Source: Vermamoeba vermiformis
Taxonomy: Eukaryota
Assembly: GCA_045837725.1 (NCBI GenBank)
Contig: JBEWZL010000179.1
Location: 620,001-684,000 of the forward strand
DNA: 64,000 nucleotides
Reading direction: 5' to 3'
Shown: in pieces, positions 23,551 to 36,213 of the stretch
How positions within the stretch are numbered: position 1 is the first letter of the stretch
Layout of the letters: each line of letters begins with the position of its first letter
Position numbers and translations under genes: made by a program
The notes under the pieces: generated by a model
Database searches by the model: none
What the model was told of the DNA's origin: nothing
What the model saw: only the letters and a program-made list of their open reading frames with translations

Positions 23551-25212
23551 ATGAAGGTAATGCACGCATCTTGGCCGGATACAATCGCATTGAAAGGCTA
23601 ATTAGCGTCACAGCAGGATCTCCCAACCGAAATCTGGAACAAAATTCTTGAATACGCCTTCAAATCGTTCATAATAGAAGAAGAAAAATGGCTAGCAAAT
23701 ATTCATAATTTTCTGAAGTCACCAGATCAAGATCCAGTAGCTGCTGATCTCGATCTGCATGTTGAAAGCATTTTCGAGCGACAAAAAAATGCTCTAAAAT
23801 TGGCATATCAAGTTTTACTCGTATCCAAGCAATTGTAAGTCCAAAAGTTCAGATACAGCTGCGATCCAATTTTTATAATTTTAATTATTGTTCAGCAAAC
23901 TCATTCTAGACGATTCAAACGATATATGGCGTGATATATTTGCAGCATTAGTAGGAGCGAAGGTTTGGGAGGTAGAAATCCCTCATGTATTCAAAAACAG
24001 ATTTAATTGCCTTTACAAACCTGCCTGTCAACACATTATACGACTCGATCGATTCAAACAAGAAGCGATCGAGGATAGAAATTTCATACCTCACGGTGCG
24101 GCCCAAAGCATGAAACTTTTCCCGCCAAAAGACGGATGCGAACTTTGTCAGCGAAATCAGCATCACGAACATTATTTCAAATACGATGGATTTTCAAGAG
24201 AAATAGTCGAGTTAGATTTTCCACAAATTGAATTCAATCAAATTATTCTAGCAGGACCATATTACGTGATAACAACGCCAAATAGAAATTGTATCGTGTT
24301 CAGCATCCAACAAAACAAAATCACGTGCGAATTTTCGACGGAAAAATTGCCTCATTTTCGCTTGTTTTTTAAGAACAGTAAGTATTTTATCGATCAGCCA
24401 TTACAAGCAATAAATTAACAATTTTTTTAGTCGTTCAAAATAAGATTATTTTTTCATATCAAAGTCTCGAGTCATCGCAGCTCCAAACAATGGTGATTGA
24501 CTTAGACAGCGGAATATTCATTATTAACGAAGATATTTCAAACTACGAGCCCTGGCCAGACAAACCGTATTACTTCTCGCGACAAAATTTCAATGACAGC
24601 GACAAAACTGGCAACGAAAGTCATGCATTTTCATCGAAGTACTCGCAATTCAAAATTTTGACGGAAGACAACTGCATGTCAACCAAAGTAATCGATTGTT
24701 CCGCGTTCACTGAAAATTATTTAATTATATCACCAGAAGATGGTGCTAACTTCATCTTCCTAGATAACAGGTAACGAAAAAAATTCCTAATTCATGAACG
24801 ATGACACGTGTCAACACTTTTTACTCTTGCACACGTATATCAGTCATTATTATAATTCATTACTTAGCTATTCTAACGGACTATTTGCTCGTTCTATTGA
24901 TAATTGAAGCCTATTACGCAGTCGTTTGCTTACATTAGTTCATTGTCTAGGCTAATCGTTGTAGTGCCGAACAAAGGCCTCTTCGAATGCAACCCAATCA
25001 CTCGACAGATTCTGCGGAGATTCAGCAAAGTTAACAGCCTTGGTGTAAATAAAATGCGAGGCAAGTTCATGATAGAAGCGAAAATGGATCCGGATCCAAC
25101 GAGTATGGATGTGATAGCGCAAGTTAGAGATATGGAGACTGGTCTTATTGCCAATGAAATCAGAGCGACTTATCCAACAATTGCATTTGCTTCAGTTTAC
25201 TTCAGTAAATGA
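23551..25212 (+). CDS. F-box-like protein, paralog B
   Basis: MK|DLPTEIWNKILEY...LLVSKQ...SNDIWRDIF and CELCQRNQHHEHY. Intron positions match paralog A. Confidence 0.7.
24802..24813. repeat. Intronic palindrome TGACACGTGTCA, copy 2
   Basis: Exact 12-mer in the last intron of F-box paralog B. Confidence 0.9.
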
Positions 25213-25416
25213 ACATAGTGTTGCAAAATTCATCGTGTACGAACAACTTGCGAAATTTCTTTAGGAATAAGCTGCTAGCTAAAACGTTTTGTACATGTTA
25301 ATAGTACTATTTGCATGCATGTGGAAATCCCTTTCAACCATGCTACCAAAATGATTGCGCTTTCGGATCTTAATTTAAGCGTCTGAATCTGCCCAAATCT
25401 TGCTGTTGAAACAATT

Positions 25417-26551
25417 TTAATTATCAAAATCAGTGCTAATAGTAACATCTTTCCAATCCTCGAGATTGCTGCGAGATTGATCGATCATGTCGCCAATCAC
25501 TTTGTACGCGTCAGTGCCGAGTGCAACTCTGACTGGAATTTCACGACCACTAGCAGTCCCCGTTTGAGTGACTATATCCACGATCCTTTCGCAAGCTTTC
25601 TTCGGATCTCCCGGCTGTTTGCCGTCATAGTCGTCGTGAAACTTTTTGACACGTTCCATGACAGGTGCGTAGTCGCTGATTGGCTGTGCGTGTTTGAGAT
25701 TTGACCCACTCAAAACGCTTGTCCGGAAATATCCCGGCTCTATAATCGTTACTTTAATGCCTAGTGGCTCTAATTCTGCTCGTAATGATTCCGTAATGCC
25801 TAAGAAGAGCAATTATTATTGTCAGTACGGTATGACACGTGTCATTCGCAACTTTTCTATCAAAATTTTTCACAGTATGCGGTGATAACATAAAATATTA
25901 TTATTAAGAATAGTTGCTCAATATAGGGAAGAATATTAGGTTCGTTGTTGTTACGGATCCGTTCTTACCTTCGAGTGCGAACTTGGTCGCGGCATAAAGT
26001 CCCACGCCAGGTGCTCCTCGCCAACCAGCCACACTTCCAATATTTACAATGATGCCTGAACGACGAGCTCGCATGTGAGGCAAGAAAGCACGAGTCACAT
26101 TTAGCAAGCCAAATAGATTTGTGTTGAATTGTTGGTACGTCTCTTCCGGCCTATAATTACAACTTCTATTAGCTTACATTATAAGACCTAATATATATTA
26201 TTCTCATAGGTGCCGGATATGATTAATATATAGTATTTTTAGTCCTTACGAACACTCTTCAATGGCGCCACGTTGCACGTAACCAGCGTTGTTGACGAGT
26301 ACGTCCACTCGGCCAAAAATTGATACTGCAGCTTCAGCTATTGATTTTAATTCTTCTAATGACTGCGCGACATCTAGTTTAAGCACTGATACGTTTGGTT
26401 TGGTGTTTAGATCCTTTGAGAGTTGGTCAATGTTCCGTGAAGTGGCTATCACTTTGTCTCCTCGTGATAATATTGAATGAACTAGTTCAAGGCCAAATCC
26501 TGACGAACATCCTGTGACGAGCCACACGCGGTGTTGAGTAATTTCAGACAT
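25417..26551 (-). CDS. Short-chain dehydrogenase/reductase, 3 exons
   Basis: [15 protein letters not shown], catalytic [13 protein letters not shown] and QPGDP. Confidence 0.95.
25833..25844. repeat. Intronic palindrome TGACACGTGTCA, copy 3
   Basis: Exact 12-mer in SDR intron 2. Confidence 0.9.
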
Positions 26552-27013
26552 TCTGATCCAAAATAAATAATTAATTTCTTGATCTGAATCTTCGAAAAAC
26601 TAGATAATCTTGCCATAATTATCGTTATGAATGCGAGCTTATTTAATTAAATATTTTTGAAATTATAATTGGAAAAAACTTTAATCTTTTCCGTTTACGA
26701 ACAAATACGCAGGCATTTGTTATCCCTTACCTATATTATCGGTTCAAATAGTAAAAAGGGCGCAATGATCTTGATACGTGGTGACGAGAGTGAGTTTGGC
26801 GTGAAGATTATTATTTTCATTTTCTTGCCCACAACCACAACCACAACTTATTTTGAGCTCGTCTTGCGAGAGAGTAAGTCATAGTTTATACATGCTTTTA
26901 GCCATTTGAGAAGGAATGCCGCATATTGCGCAAGGAACCATTTTCATCATTGATTCGATCTCGTGCCAAAACTGCCAATTAATTTTTAATAATTATAGGA
27001 ATATTTCTACACG

Positions 27014-28300
27014 ATGTCTCATGAGTCAAATAATACCGAACAGCTTCCCAGCCTCCCATTGGAATTAATTGAAAGAATAATTATTCCCAATTCAGCGGTC
27101 TCGTGGCTCCGAGTCTCCAAGAAATACAATTCACTTGCGATAAACTACGCAAAAAACGATCCAATATTCTTGAAAGATCCAAAATCTGCCGTTCAAGGGG
27201 CCATTGTCAACAAAAACTACGCACTTTTAGATGCGCTATTTACAGACGCGAGATATCGTGCCAATTATATCCTTAGTCAAGTGTTTAATATGGGCAAGGC
27301 GGATAAATCAACAAATATGATATTTCTCAAGCATTTTTCCAACGTGCATTGGATAACGGTTCGGATCTTGGATCAAGCAGCGAAATCTGATTGGATTGAC
27401 GTCATTGACTATATAGGAAATAATGATAATGTAAAGAGTATTCAGTTTGATTGTTTCGATACTATGTCAGAGAGAATATTCACAGCCGTGATCCACCATC
27501 CGAAACTCCAATATACGGACAACTTAATTTACCAGATTGCAACGAATCTTAGAATACCGAACAAGATTAAATTAAAGATCTTAGATATTCCAAACATCTA
27601 TATGTCACTAGTAATAGAAAAATTTGCATGCCATGAAGAATTCGTGGATGCGCTGTTAGAAGATCAGCGCGTAAAAGAATCGATTAATCTGCAGCAACAA
27701 TTATGGACAAGAATTATTGCTACTCAAGACTCAATTTCGACTATAAATCATTTTTATGACAAGTGCGAGAAAGTAAGAATGATTTTAGCAAAGAAGTTAT
27801 TGGATCCGTCGATCGATTTCAATTTTCCGTTACGAATTGTATTTAAAGAGAGAAAATTCGAAGAAAAAAGTCAAAAGATTGCAGCGATGTTATTGGATGA
27901 CGAAAGAGTAATATTGACACTTGAACCGTTCGAGAAGAACTTGATCTACACCGCGATCGTGCAATACGCAGAAGTTTTGACTGCAAAAGTGAAGTTCATA
28001 TTAAGTCATCATAAATACAAAAAAGAATGGTTCGAGAGTGTTATGACATATTTATTAGACCAGCAATGTGAGCTGAAGACAATTAACAACACCGAAAAAC
28101 TATTCATTGAGCACCAATTCGACGAGTATTTGAGCGAGGAAATTCGCGCAAGAGCTCCAAAGGCAATCAAACAATTGCACAGAATGCACTCTTATTATTA
28201 TAACTACTTTGATGAGACTGGTTTCTACTCGGATGAGGATGAAGACGAAGAAAAATTCAATGACGATGAAATTGACGAATCTGTTGCACCGTTGGAATAA
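27014..28300 (+). CDS. Intronless F-box-like protein with degenerate ankyrin-like helical repeats and an acidic tail
   Basis: LPSLPLELIERII...WLRVSKKY; repeated LL.D.RV; LDPSIDFNFPLR. Confidence 0.7.
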   Translation: MSHESNNTEQLPSLPLELIERIIIPNSAVSWLRVSKKYNSLAINYAKNDPIFLKDPKSAVQGAIVNKNYALLDALFTDARYRANYILSQVFNMGKADKSTNMIFLKHFSNVHWITVRILDQAAKSDWIDVIDYIGNNDNVKSIQFDCFDTMSERIFTAVIHHPKLQYTDNLIYQIATNLRIPNKIKLKILDIPNIYMSLVIEKFACHEEFVDALLEDQRVKESINLQQQLWTRIIATQDSISTINHFYDKCEKVRMILAKKLLDPSIDFNFPLRIVFKERKFEEKSQKIAAMLLDDERVILTLEPFEKNLIYTAIVQYAEVLTAKVKFILSHHKYKKEWFESVMTYLLDQQCELKTINNTEKLFIEHQFDEYLSEEIRARAPKAIKQLHRMHSYYYNYFDETGFYSDEDEDEEKFNDDEIDESVAPLE

Positions 28301-28733
28301 AGAAATGTTTTTTCCTTTTCACCTGTTGATGCACGGTTCATGGTGCGTGACACATGTCAACAGGGGTATCACCAAGCAAGCCCGGATCAAACCATAGATA
28401 ACAAAACAAATTGGTGCCCAGCTAATCGGAGATAAAGTTCTTTTATAGCCCAGAATATATGCTCGTAACAAACATTTCAACGTTAATTTGTGAGCTACCA
28501 AAATTCTGCACTGAATAAGTTGGAAATCAAAAAAAGTGTTCAGTCTTATAGTCTTCTCCAACCTCAATACACCACAATAGCCCTGTATGTATAATTGACA
28601 TGTAAGGATAATGCTTCGTTTGTTGCTGTTAAACATGAACCACAAAAAAAAATTGAAGCCCAATAACAGCATACCACTATCTAATAAGAAGAAAACAGAA
28701 AAAAGAAGAAAAAGCAAAATAAGTATTTTACTT

Positions 28734-30993
28734 TTAATCAATCTTTTCCATTACATCCTCAGACAATGCAGTCCACTCTAAAAAATAGCATCTAACTAAA
28801 GTTAGTATTTACTTCAATTTATGTTGTCACTCCTTACCTAGTGCCTTTATCTTTGTTTAATTCAATTCTGCTAACATATTTGTGGAGTCCCAATATTATT
28901 ATTATCATGTCAGCCAAAATATCTTCATTAACCAATTTCCCACAAACATATGAATTCAACTTTTCAATATTACATTTAGATACATTAATCTTCAGCTGGT
29001 CTATCACCTCTGATGTTCCCCAATATTTGTCTAATACTTCACTTTCTTCAGTTTTGGTGATGGCAATGTCCTTGTAACACTACTGTTATTACTTGTTTTG
29101 TAAGAATGTGAGAATACTACCGTCTCTCTGATACTAATCTCCCAAGTACACTTTATCAAATCTTTTTCTGTTGTGGTTGCAAATGCTAGTTGCATGAACA
29201 TTGGATTTTGGGATTCTTCGGTTCTTAAAGTCAACATTATAAATCTGGCAAAAGCAACTCCAAACCTTTTTATAAAAGGAAGGCCTATGGACTCTTCCCA
29301 AACTTTAAATTCAATTAGCATTCAACTTAGATATTTTCAATAACATAAATACCTGAAAATGATATTCTATCAATTAAGGTAAACATTTCTCGTTTTAAAT
29401 TCAGTTTGACTCCTTCCTCAACTGTCAATAATGGAGAATTGGTATTGGTGAGAATCTGTGGTATATTTAGTGTCATCAATTTATAGAAATACTGTAGTTG
29501 TACCTTGTCAATTTCAGCATAAAGTTCCAATCGCTTCAGCTCAAACAATATAGATGGGCCGCAAGAGGCTAATGCTTCCTTCTCTGATATCTTGTCCCAG
29601 GATAATCGTTGTTGTAGTACTCCTGTGTTGATTTCAGTTAATAACAAGGAAATATAGTTGAAGTGTTTTGACTACCATGGAAATCAATGGGAGAAAAATT
29701 TGCCGGTGGATAGATCGTATCTGGGTTCGCTGATATTGCCCGCAAAAACATATACAGCTGCTGCATATTAATCTGTTCGTTATATCCTAACCACTGTATC
29801 ATGATGTTAAAGGATTCTTCATTTGGTGCAACGTAAAATCTCATGCTATTCGAGTCTCTGTGTTGGTTTAGGTTACTAAATGAATAACTATCTTCTGGTT
29901 GATCATCCTCGTCCCAACAGCAGAATGTTGCCAACTGGAGACTGCGTGGTGCTGTATATGTAGCCAGTGAGTCTAAATTGGCAGAGAAACCATATCTCTC
30001 CATATCTCCAACAAGAGAATCATATTTTAGCATTGCTGAGAAGCTGTAAATAACTTTAGCGAGATTTCCATTTTTTCCTATAATTATCATTTCTACAGAT
30101 TCTTCTTGAAAAGTTCTTCCAACCTGATATGACCCCCAATAATATTTTGCTCCTATTTATGAATCTGAATGTCAACAAACAACTGGACACAAAACATACA
30201 TAAAACATTAAAGAGAGCACAATATTTTGTAAAATAATACCATACATATTCAAAACTAAAGATGAAAAGTATTTAAACAGGTTACAATGTATTATTTGTT
30301 GGCATACCTATGAAACCAATGTGTTGTGTCATATTTGAGAAGTATGAAATGAATTCTTCGGGATTTTCACCAAAATTTTCAGCGATGAGGTCTGTATTTG
30401 CAGCAACAGTATCAGTCCAATACTTTTGCATGAACGCACGTTGCCACTCGAGTTTGGACGCTGCATATAGATTCGATAGTGCCTCCAACTAATACAAGAC
30501 ATTACAAAAAATGAATATGCAATCAGCAAACTAACCTTTAAGTGGAGGTTATTTTCATTATCGAGACGTATGCTTTGATATTCTTCATAGAATCTTGTAA
30601 TGGCTAGCCACAGCAGGAGATTATTTACCAAATCTTAGAATTACTGTGCAACAATACCTATTTCCCTAAAGCAAAATGTATTGAACAACGTGCGTATTGA
30701 GTCAATATTTGTGATTTTAATATTCGCTTCATTAATATCTGTTCCCAAATAAGATTTGTTAAAAAAAATAATTAATATTAATTAAAATAATTACCAAAAT
30801 AATAGCAAACAGCGCTGGTAAGCACTCGGTCATTATAACTTGCTTTATGCCATATTTTGCAAACTCGTTTGGTGTAAAATAAATTTCCCGGATGCAGAAA
30901 CGTGAATACAGTTGCTAAAATATCTTCCGTAAGAAGTGGACAATGCCCAAGTGATTGCTCCGATCTTGGTCGTTTTCTCAGACGCTCGTCCAT
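28734..30993 (-). CDS. F-box protein, multi-exon
   Basis: MDERLRKRPR...LLTEDILATVFTFLHPGNLFYTKRVCKIWHKA, followed by consecutive minus-strand exons. Confidence 0.7.
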
Positions 30994-31081
30994 ATAAAAT
31001 GTTGGTTTTGTGCTCGTGCTGGTTTTGGTAAAACAAAATTTTTATTATCCGCAATTTTATTTTTTTTCTACGAAGAGAACA

Positions 31082-32574
31082 ATGCTGCAACTCCGAGGGC
31101 GAGTCGATTTAGATCGTGCCATATCCACATTCAGGCTAAATCCTAGTGCAAAGGATAAATTAGCAGCGAGTGGATTGCGAACGTTGCGTGATCTTGAAGG
31201 GATGAAACCGATCGAGCTTTCAAAAGGTCAGAAAAATATTTAAATATTTTTGTAGTGCTACATGCCGATATAAGCACGTCTACATTACATTATATCCATT
31301 TTTATTGGTTAATTAATTTTTCTAATTATTTTCATGACAGAGATCGGCTGTTCTCATCAAGAAGCGCTTCAAATTCTAAGAACTATTCAAAACGACCTTT
31401 CCCAATTAAACGATAACCCACATATAGCGAATAACAACCCCGACTCGATTGCCAACTCGGAAACGAATTTCAATAATTTTGGATTTCAAGCCAATAGTAA
31501 GTCAATAATTCTATTAAGCGATGTTTATGCTAAAAAAAATCTAGAAACGAGGGACATAATTGAAGGACAAACAGCGTTTTCACTCCTCGAGAAAGAAGTC
31601 GATAGCACACCAATTATTACGTTTAATCAAGCCATTGATGATATGCTTGGTGGTGGTGTTGCGTGTGGTAAATTAACAGAATTTTGTGGCGTTCCTGGCA
31701 TTGGCAAGACTCAAATGGGGTAAGTAATGTAATTTCTCTAGCGACCGAGATCTGACTTGCGTCATAGCATTCAATTAGCCGTAAATGTGCATATTCCAAA
31801 AGCGTTCGGTGGATCAGAAGGCGAGTGTATTTATATTGGTAAGTGAATGGAACGTAAAACGCGGGGAACAAATATCGTTCGAAATTTCCTCTATTTTAAT
31901 TTTTTGGTTGCATTGCTATTTAAAGAAATATTTCTAACTCGCGTGGTAATTCGACAGACACTGAGGGCAGTTTCATGGTTGAACGCGTGGTCGAAATGGC
32001 GACGGCGCTGGTGAAGCACTTGGAGGCTGTTAGTCAAGCTAACGAGGGCATGCAAATGACCTTGACAGTGGAGCACATTCTCGATCATATTTATTACTTT
32101 AGAGTGCACGATCATATCGAGCAAATCGCATTAATCAATACTTTGCCGTTGTTTATGGAAACACATCCGAACGTCAAGTTGTTAGTGATTGATTCAATCA
32201 CTTTCCACTTCCGCCACGACTTTGAAGATATGCGAGTTAGAACTCGTTTGCTTAATCAAATGGCGGGACAGCTGACTTCAATGGCTGCAAAGAATAATAT
32301 GGCTGTGGTGGTCATCAACCAAGTCACGACAAAAATGGAGGGCAACAACGTTTCTTTGGTCCCGGCACTCGGAGAGACATGGGCGCACGCGTGTACCGAG
32401 CGCATTACTTTGCAGTGGGCCCCGACTGGTACTGCAAACAGCAACGGCACCGAATGTCGTATCGCTAGACTGGTCAAATCATCGTCGCAAAGAGCCCAAG
32501 CAGTGCCGTACCAGATCACGCCTGAGGGTATTAGAAACTTTGATGCGCCGTCATCTAATGTAAATAATGAGTAA
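31082..32574 (+). CDS. RAD51C: DNA repair protein RAD51C, 5 exons
   Basis: TEFCGVPGIGKTQ, IDTEGSF, VKLLVIDSITFHFRHDFED, RTRLLN and LVPALGETWAH. Confidence 0.92.
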
Positions 32575-32906
32575 TAAATGATAGCTAGATGTTTGTAAAT
32601 ACTAACCGTCGCCTCGAGATCCAGGATTCAAAACAAATTTGTACCGCAAATTGATTCTACGTTTCAGTGCACATTTACGCGTATCTTATTCGCTCGAAAC
32701 GGCCGTTAATTTTAAATATCTCGCGAGTTCTCAGTTCTTCAAAAAAATCGGTTCAATTTTCAGGTTAATTTCCGTTACATTTCAAATTTTTTCAAGATCT
32801 CGTCCACGCGACGGTGGGTATAAATATGTTCAAAACTGCGATTTCATCACTCTTCAAACTCATAACTGTAGAGCAAGGTCGATTTTCCTTAAACCAATAA
32901 TAAACA

Positions 32907-33272
32907 ATGTCTTCAAGCCCAACCAAAGAGATCCATCCTTCCGTGATCGCTATTGCCAAGAGACTCCACGATTACAACGAACCCGCCTTACATCACGTTC
33001 AAAACACTCAATCTAATCAGTTCGGCCATTCTAAACATAACGAACCAGGTGTTCGAACGTCAGCCGGATTCATTTTCGTTGGTCCTTCAGGAGAAACGGA
33101 TAAAGCACGTTTTCAATAATATTTCTGAAAGTCAAGAATAGTTGTATTAACTTTTTCCTATAATAGTTTGTTGTCGTCCCTCCCACAGTACACAGTCAAG
33201 CGACTGAAGCACAACGAGAAGACTTTATCGCCGAGATGCCTGGCATGGCTGCACCAGATGCGCTCGTTCTAA
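32907..33272 (+). CDS. Small protein (about 85 aa) with two WH2/thymosin-like repeats, 2 exons, tentative splice
   Basis: TATAAA at about 32819. Repeats PSVIAIAKRLHDYNEPALHHVQ and PGVRTLLSSLPQYTVKRLKHNE. Confidence 0.5.
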
Positions 33273-33882
33273 GCGGTGAAATGAACAAGGTTGAGAGTGG
33301 ATAAGGCTCATGATTGCACGAAACTATTATAATTATCTCTATCAACTCGGTTGTAAATAATGTACATTTTGAACCAAAAAATTTTGAATAATGAATAAAA
33401 TATTTCTGCGATAAATACTATTAATTATTGAATTATTACCATTGCGCAAGAAAGCAATTTCATTTCTTGAGCCCGATCTGAATCCAAAAAATTTAAAAAA
33501 ATTGGAATTCCATTCAAAATTCGTCTGGTTCGAATCAATTTATAGCCCTCGCACACTTACCTTGTAGTCTTTTTCTTAATTGTAATACGTCGGATCCTGC
33601 TTCCGGCTTCAATGCCAAGGTCTGACGTTATCGGATTAACTATTGCTTGCCGGATCTGGATTGACTGTGTTCATCCAACATTCCACCTTGGGACCTGTGG
33701 GTGACGCGTGGTCGGAATTGTAGCTTTTGTTTGTTTGAAACTCGTTAAAAAGAAATGTTTGACCAAAAATAGTAAGCTATGCAACGGTCACTTTTGAATC
33801 AATTTTATTCATTTCTGCATGTCTACTATTGTTACGCAATTACAGTATTAACAATTTTGTATTTAAGAATATTTAGTATTGT

Positions 33883-35983
33883 TTAGAGCTTTTGGAAGCT
33901 TCGGTCAAGAACTTCAATCATGAAGTCAACATCCTGTTCAGTGAGGCACATAGGAGGCTTAATTCTCAAAGTGTTGCCATAAAAGCCACCTTTGCCGACC
34001 AACAAGCCCAGATCTCTGGCATTCTCCAAGATTTGAGCAGCCTCTTCCTTAGCAGGGGCCTTAGTCTTGCGATCCTTGACGAGCTCAACGCCCAACATCA
34101 AACCCTTGCCGCGGACATCTCCGATAACGGCGTGCTTCTCCTTGAGCTTGTTCAAGCCGTCCTTCAATCTCTTGCCGACCTTCAAAGCGTGAGCTTGAAT
34201 GTTCTCCTTGTCAATGACTTCCAAAACAGCCTTGCCGACAGCGCTAGCAACGGGGTTACCACCGTAAGTGTTGAAGTGAATACGTTGAGTGAGTGACTTA
34301 GCGATTTCGGGAGTAGTCACGACAGCGGCTAAAGGCCAGCCGTTACCAATACCCTTGGCCATAGTGACTAGAAAAAAATTACAGGATCAGATCACGTGTC
34401 ACACGCACAACAAAACGCCCAGCGTTATTAATTAAGCGTAATTAAATACGTACCGATATCAGGGATAACGCCTTGAGTCTCAAAGCTCCAGTAGTGAGTA
34501 CCAGTACGACCGAAACCTCCTTGAACTTCGTCGGCGATAGTAACACCACCAGCTTCACGAACGGTCTTGTAGACTTGTTGCAAATAGCCATCAGGCAATT
34601 CAACAGTACCACCAACACCCTAGCAACGTAGGAAAATTAATCTAATTATCCTTGGATACGAATCACAAGTGGCGGCGAAACAATTTGCAACAGATCTATT
34701 CGTCAATTGGTAGCGTATTTAAAGTGTCAAGAGCATTACTGAGAATAAACATAGATGTCTCCAATAAATTATCGTAAAAATAATTACCTGAATAGTCTCG
34801 GCGATGAAACCAGCAACCTTTCCGGATGTGCCGTGCTCGATCATGTTCTTGACATCCCAAGCGTACTTAGAAGCAGCATTGGCATCATCGTAACCGAAAG
34901 GACCACGATATCTGTCGGGGTTCAAAACGTGGTGAATGCCAAAGCCTGGTCAATTAATCCAGTGTGAGCAGATTGTTAGCCGTTACTAAAATTAGGAGTG
35001 TTTCTGAAACGATAGATGCGGACATCGGAAAAGCGAAATAAGGTATTAACAAAGACAAATCTATTATGGAGACACGTGCCAAGTGCGTAAAATATATAAC
35101 TGAATTTTTCTGAATTTTTTTGTGGTTCCGCCGCACATCCAAAGATTTTTCCTTACCTTGAGGAACGGGGTACTTCCAGGTTGAGTGAGCAGTCAAACCC
35201 ATAGTGCTAGGGCTCATACCTAACGTAACGGAATCATATTAGTTTAAGTTGAGCGACTTTCGGGCAACAATCTGCGGAAACTTTGCCGTTGAAAAAATCA
35301 ATTGAATATCTTGAATAGAAAAATTAAATTTGATCAATGGAATATTTGAATATTATACATATGCTTTAAGGGTATCGCGTGCTAATTATAATTTTCCTGA
35401 CGAGTTGAAATTTTTTTACTTTAGATTTTCCAAACTTACCGTGGTAGCAGTTTCTAAGAGCCAAAACGTCGTAGTTTCCGGTGTGGAGACGTGCCATGAG
35501 CAAGGCCAAGTCGTTGGCTTCAGAGCCAGAGTTGACAAAGTAGCAAACCTTGAGATTGCCGGGCATCTTGTCAGCCAAAGCTTTAGAATATTCAGCGACT
35601 TGATTGTTCAAGTAGATGGTGGTGCTGTGTTGCAATAAATCGAGTTGTTCCTTGGCCTTTTGAGTGACATAGGGGTGGCAGTGACCAACGCTAACAGTGA
35701 CAATACCAGCAAATCCATCCAAGTATCTTCGACCGTTCTCGTCAAACAAATATTGTTGCTTGCCTTCGACGAGCATCAAGGGCTTCTTGTAGTACTTGAA
35801 CATAGCAGGGTTCATGTAGGTATCACGCAACTTGATAACTTGCTCGGCAGATGGGCCTTTGTAGGGCTTGGGGGTGTAACTGAACTCGGGCAATTTGGGC
35901 TCGCTAGCATAAGATCGAACCGCGACAGAGGCGGACGACTTCTTAAGATAAGCAGAGCAAGTCTTAGTAACAGCCTTGAACAT
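33883..35983 (-). CDS. AGXT2: Alanine-glyoxylate aminotransferase 2-like class III PLP aminotransferase with a mitochondrial presequence
   Basis: [50 protein letters not shown] and HFNTYGGNP. Confidence 0.93.
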
Positions 35984-36213
35984 GATTGCTTTGTGGTTGC
36001 GTGTTGGAAAAGTAATGAAATAAAAAATAATTCAAAAAATTGAATTTTCTCCTTGTTTTGTGAACGGACGCACCAGTGATTATGGTCATACCATGCATTG
36101 CTACCACAATATCGCAAAGAAATTCTTCCTACGTTTCGCTCATCCAGATTTCAACACAAATCCGCTACAAAGGTCTACCCTTTTATTTGGCCTTGCCTTT
36201 GTCACAATCGCTT

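Noticed and set aside
28319-28741. 140-aa hydrophobic minus-strand ORF
   Set aside because: The hydrophobicity comes from a T-rich 3' flank of the F-box gene; there is no other coding evidence.
33552-33565. ACTTACCT resembling the U1 snRNA 5' end
   Set aside because: No U1 stem-loops or Sm site were recognised; it is better explained as a minus-strand splice donor.
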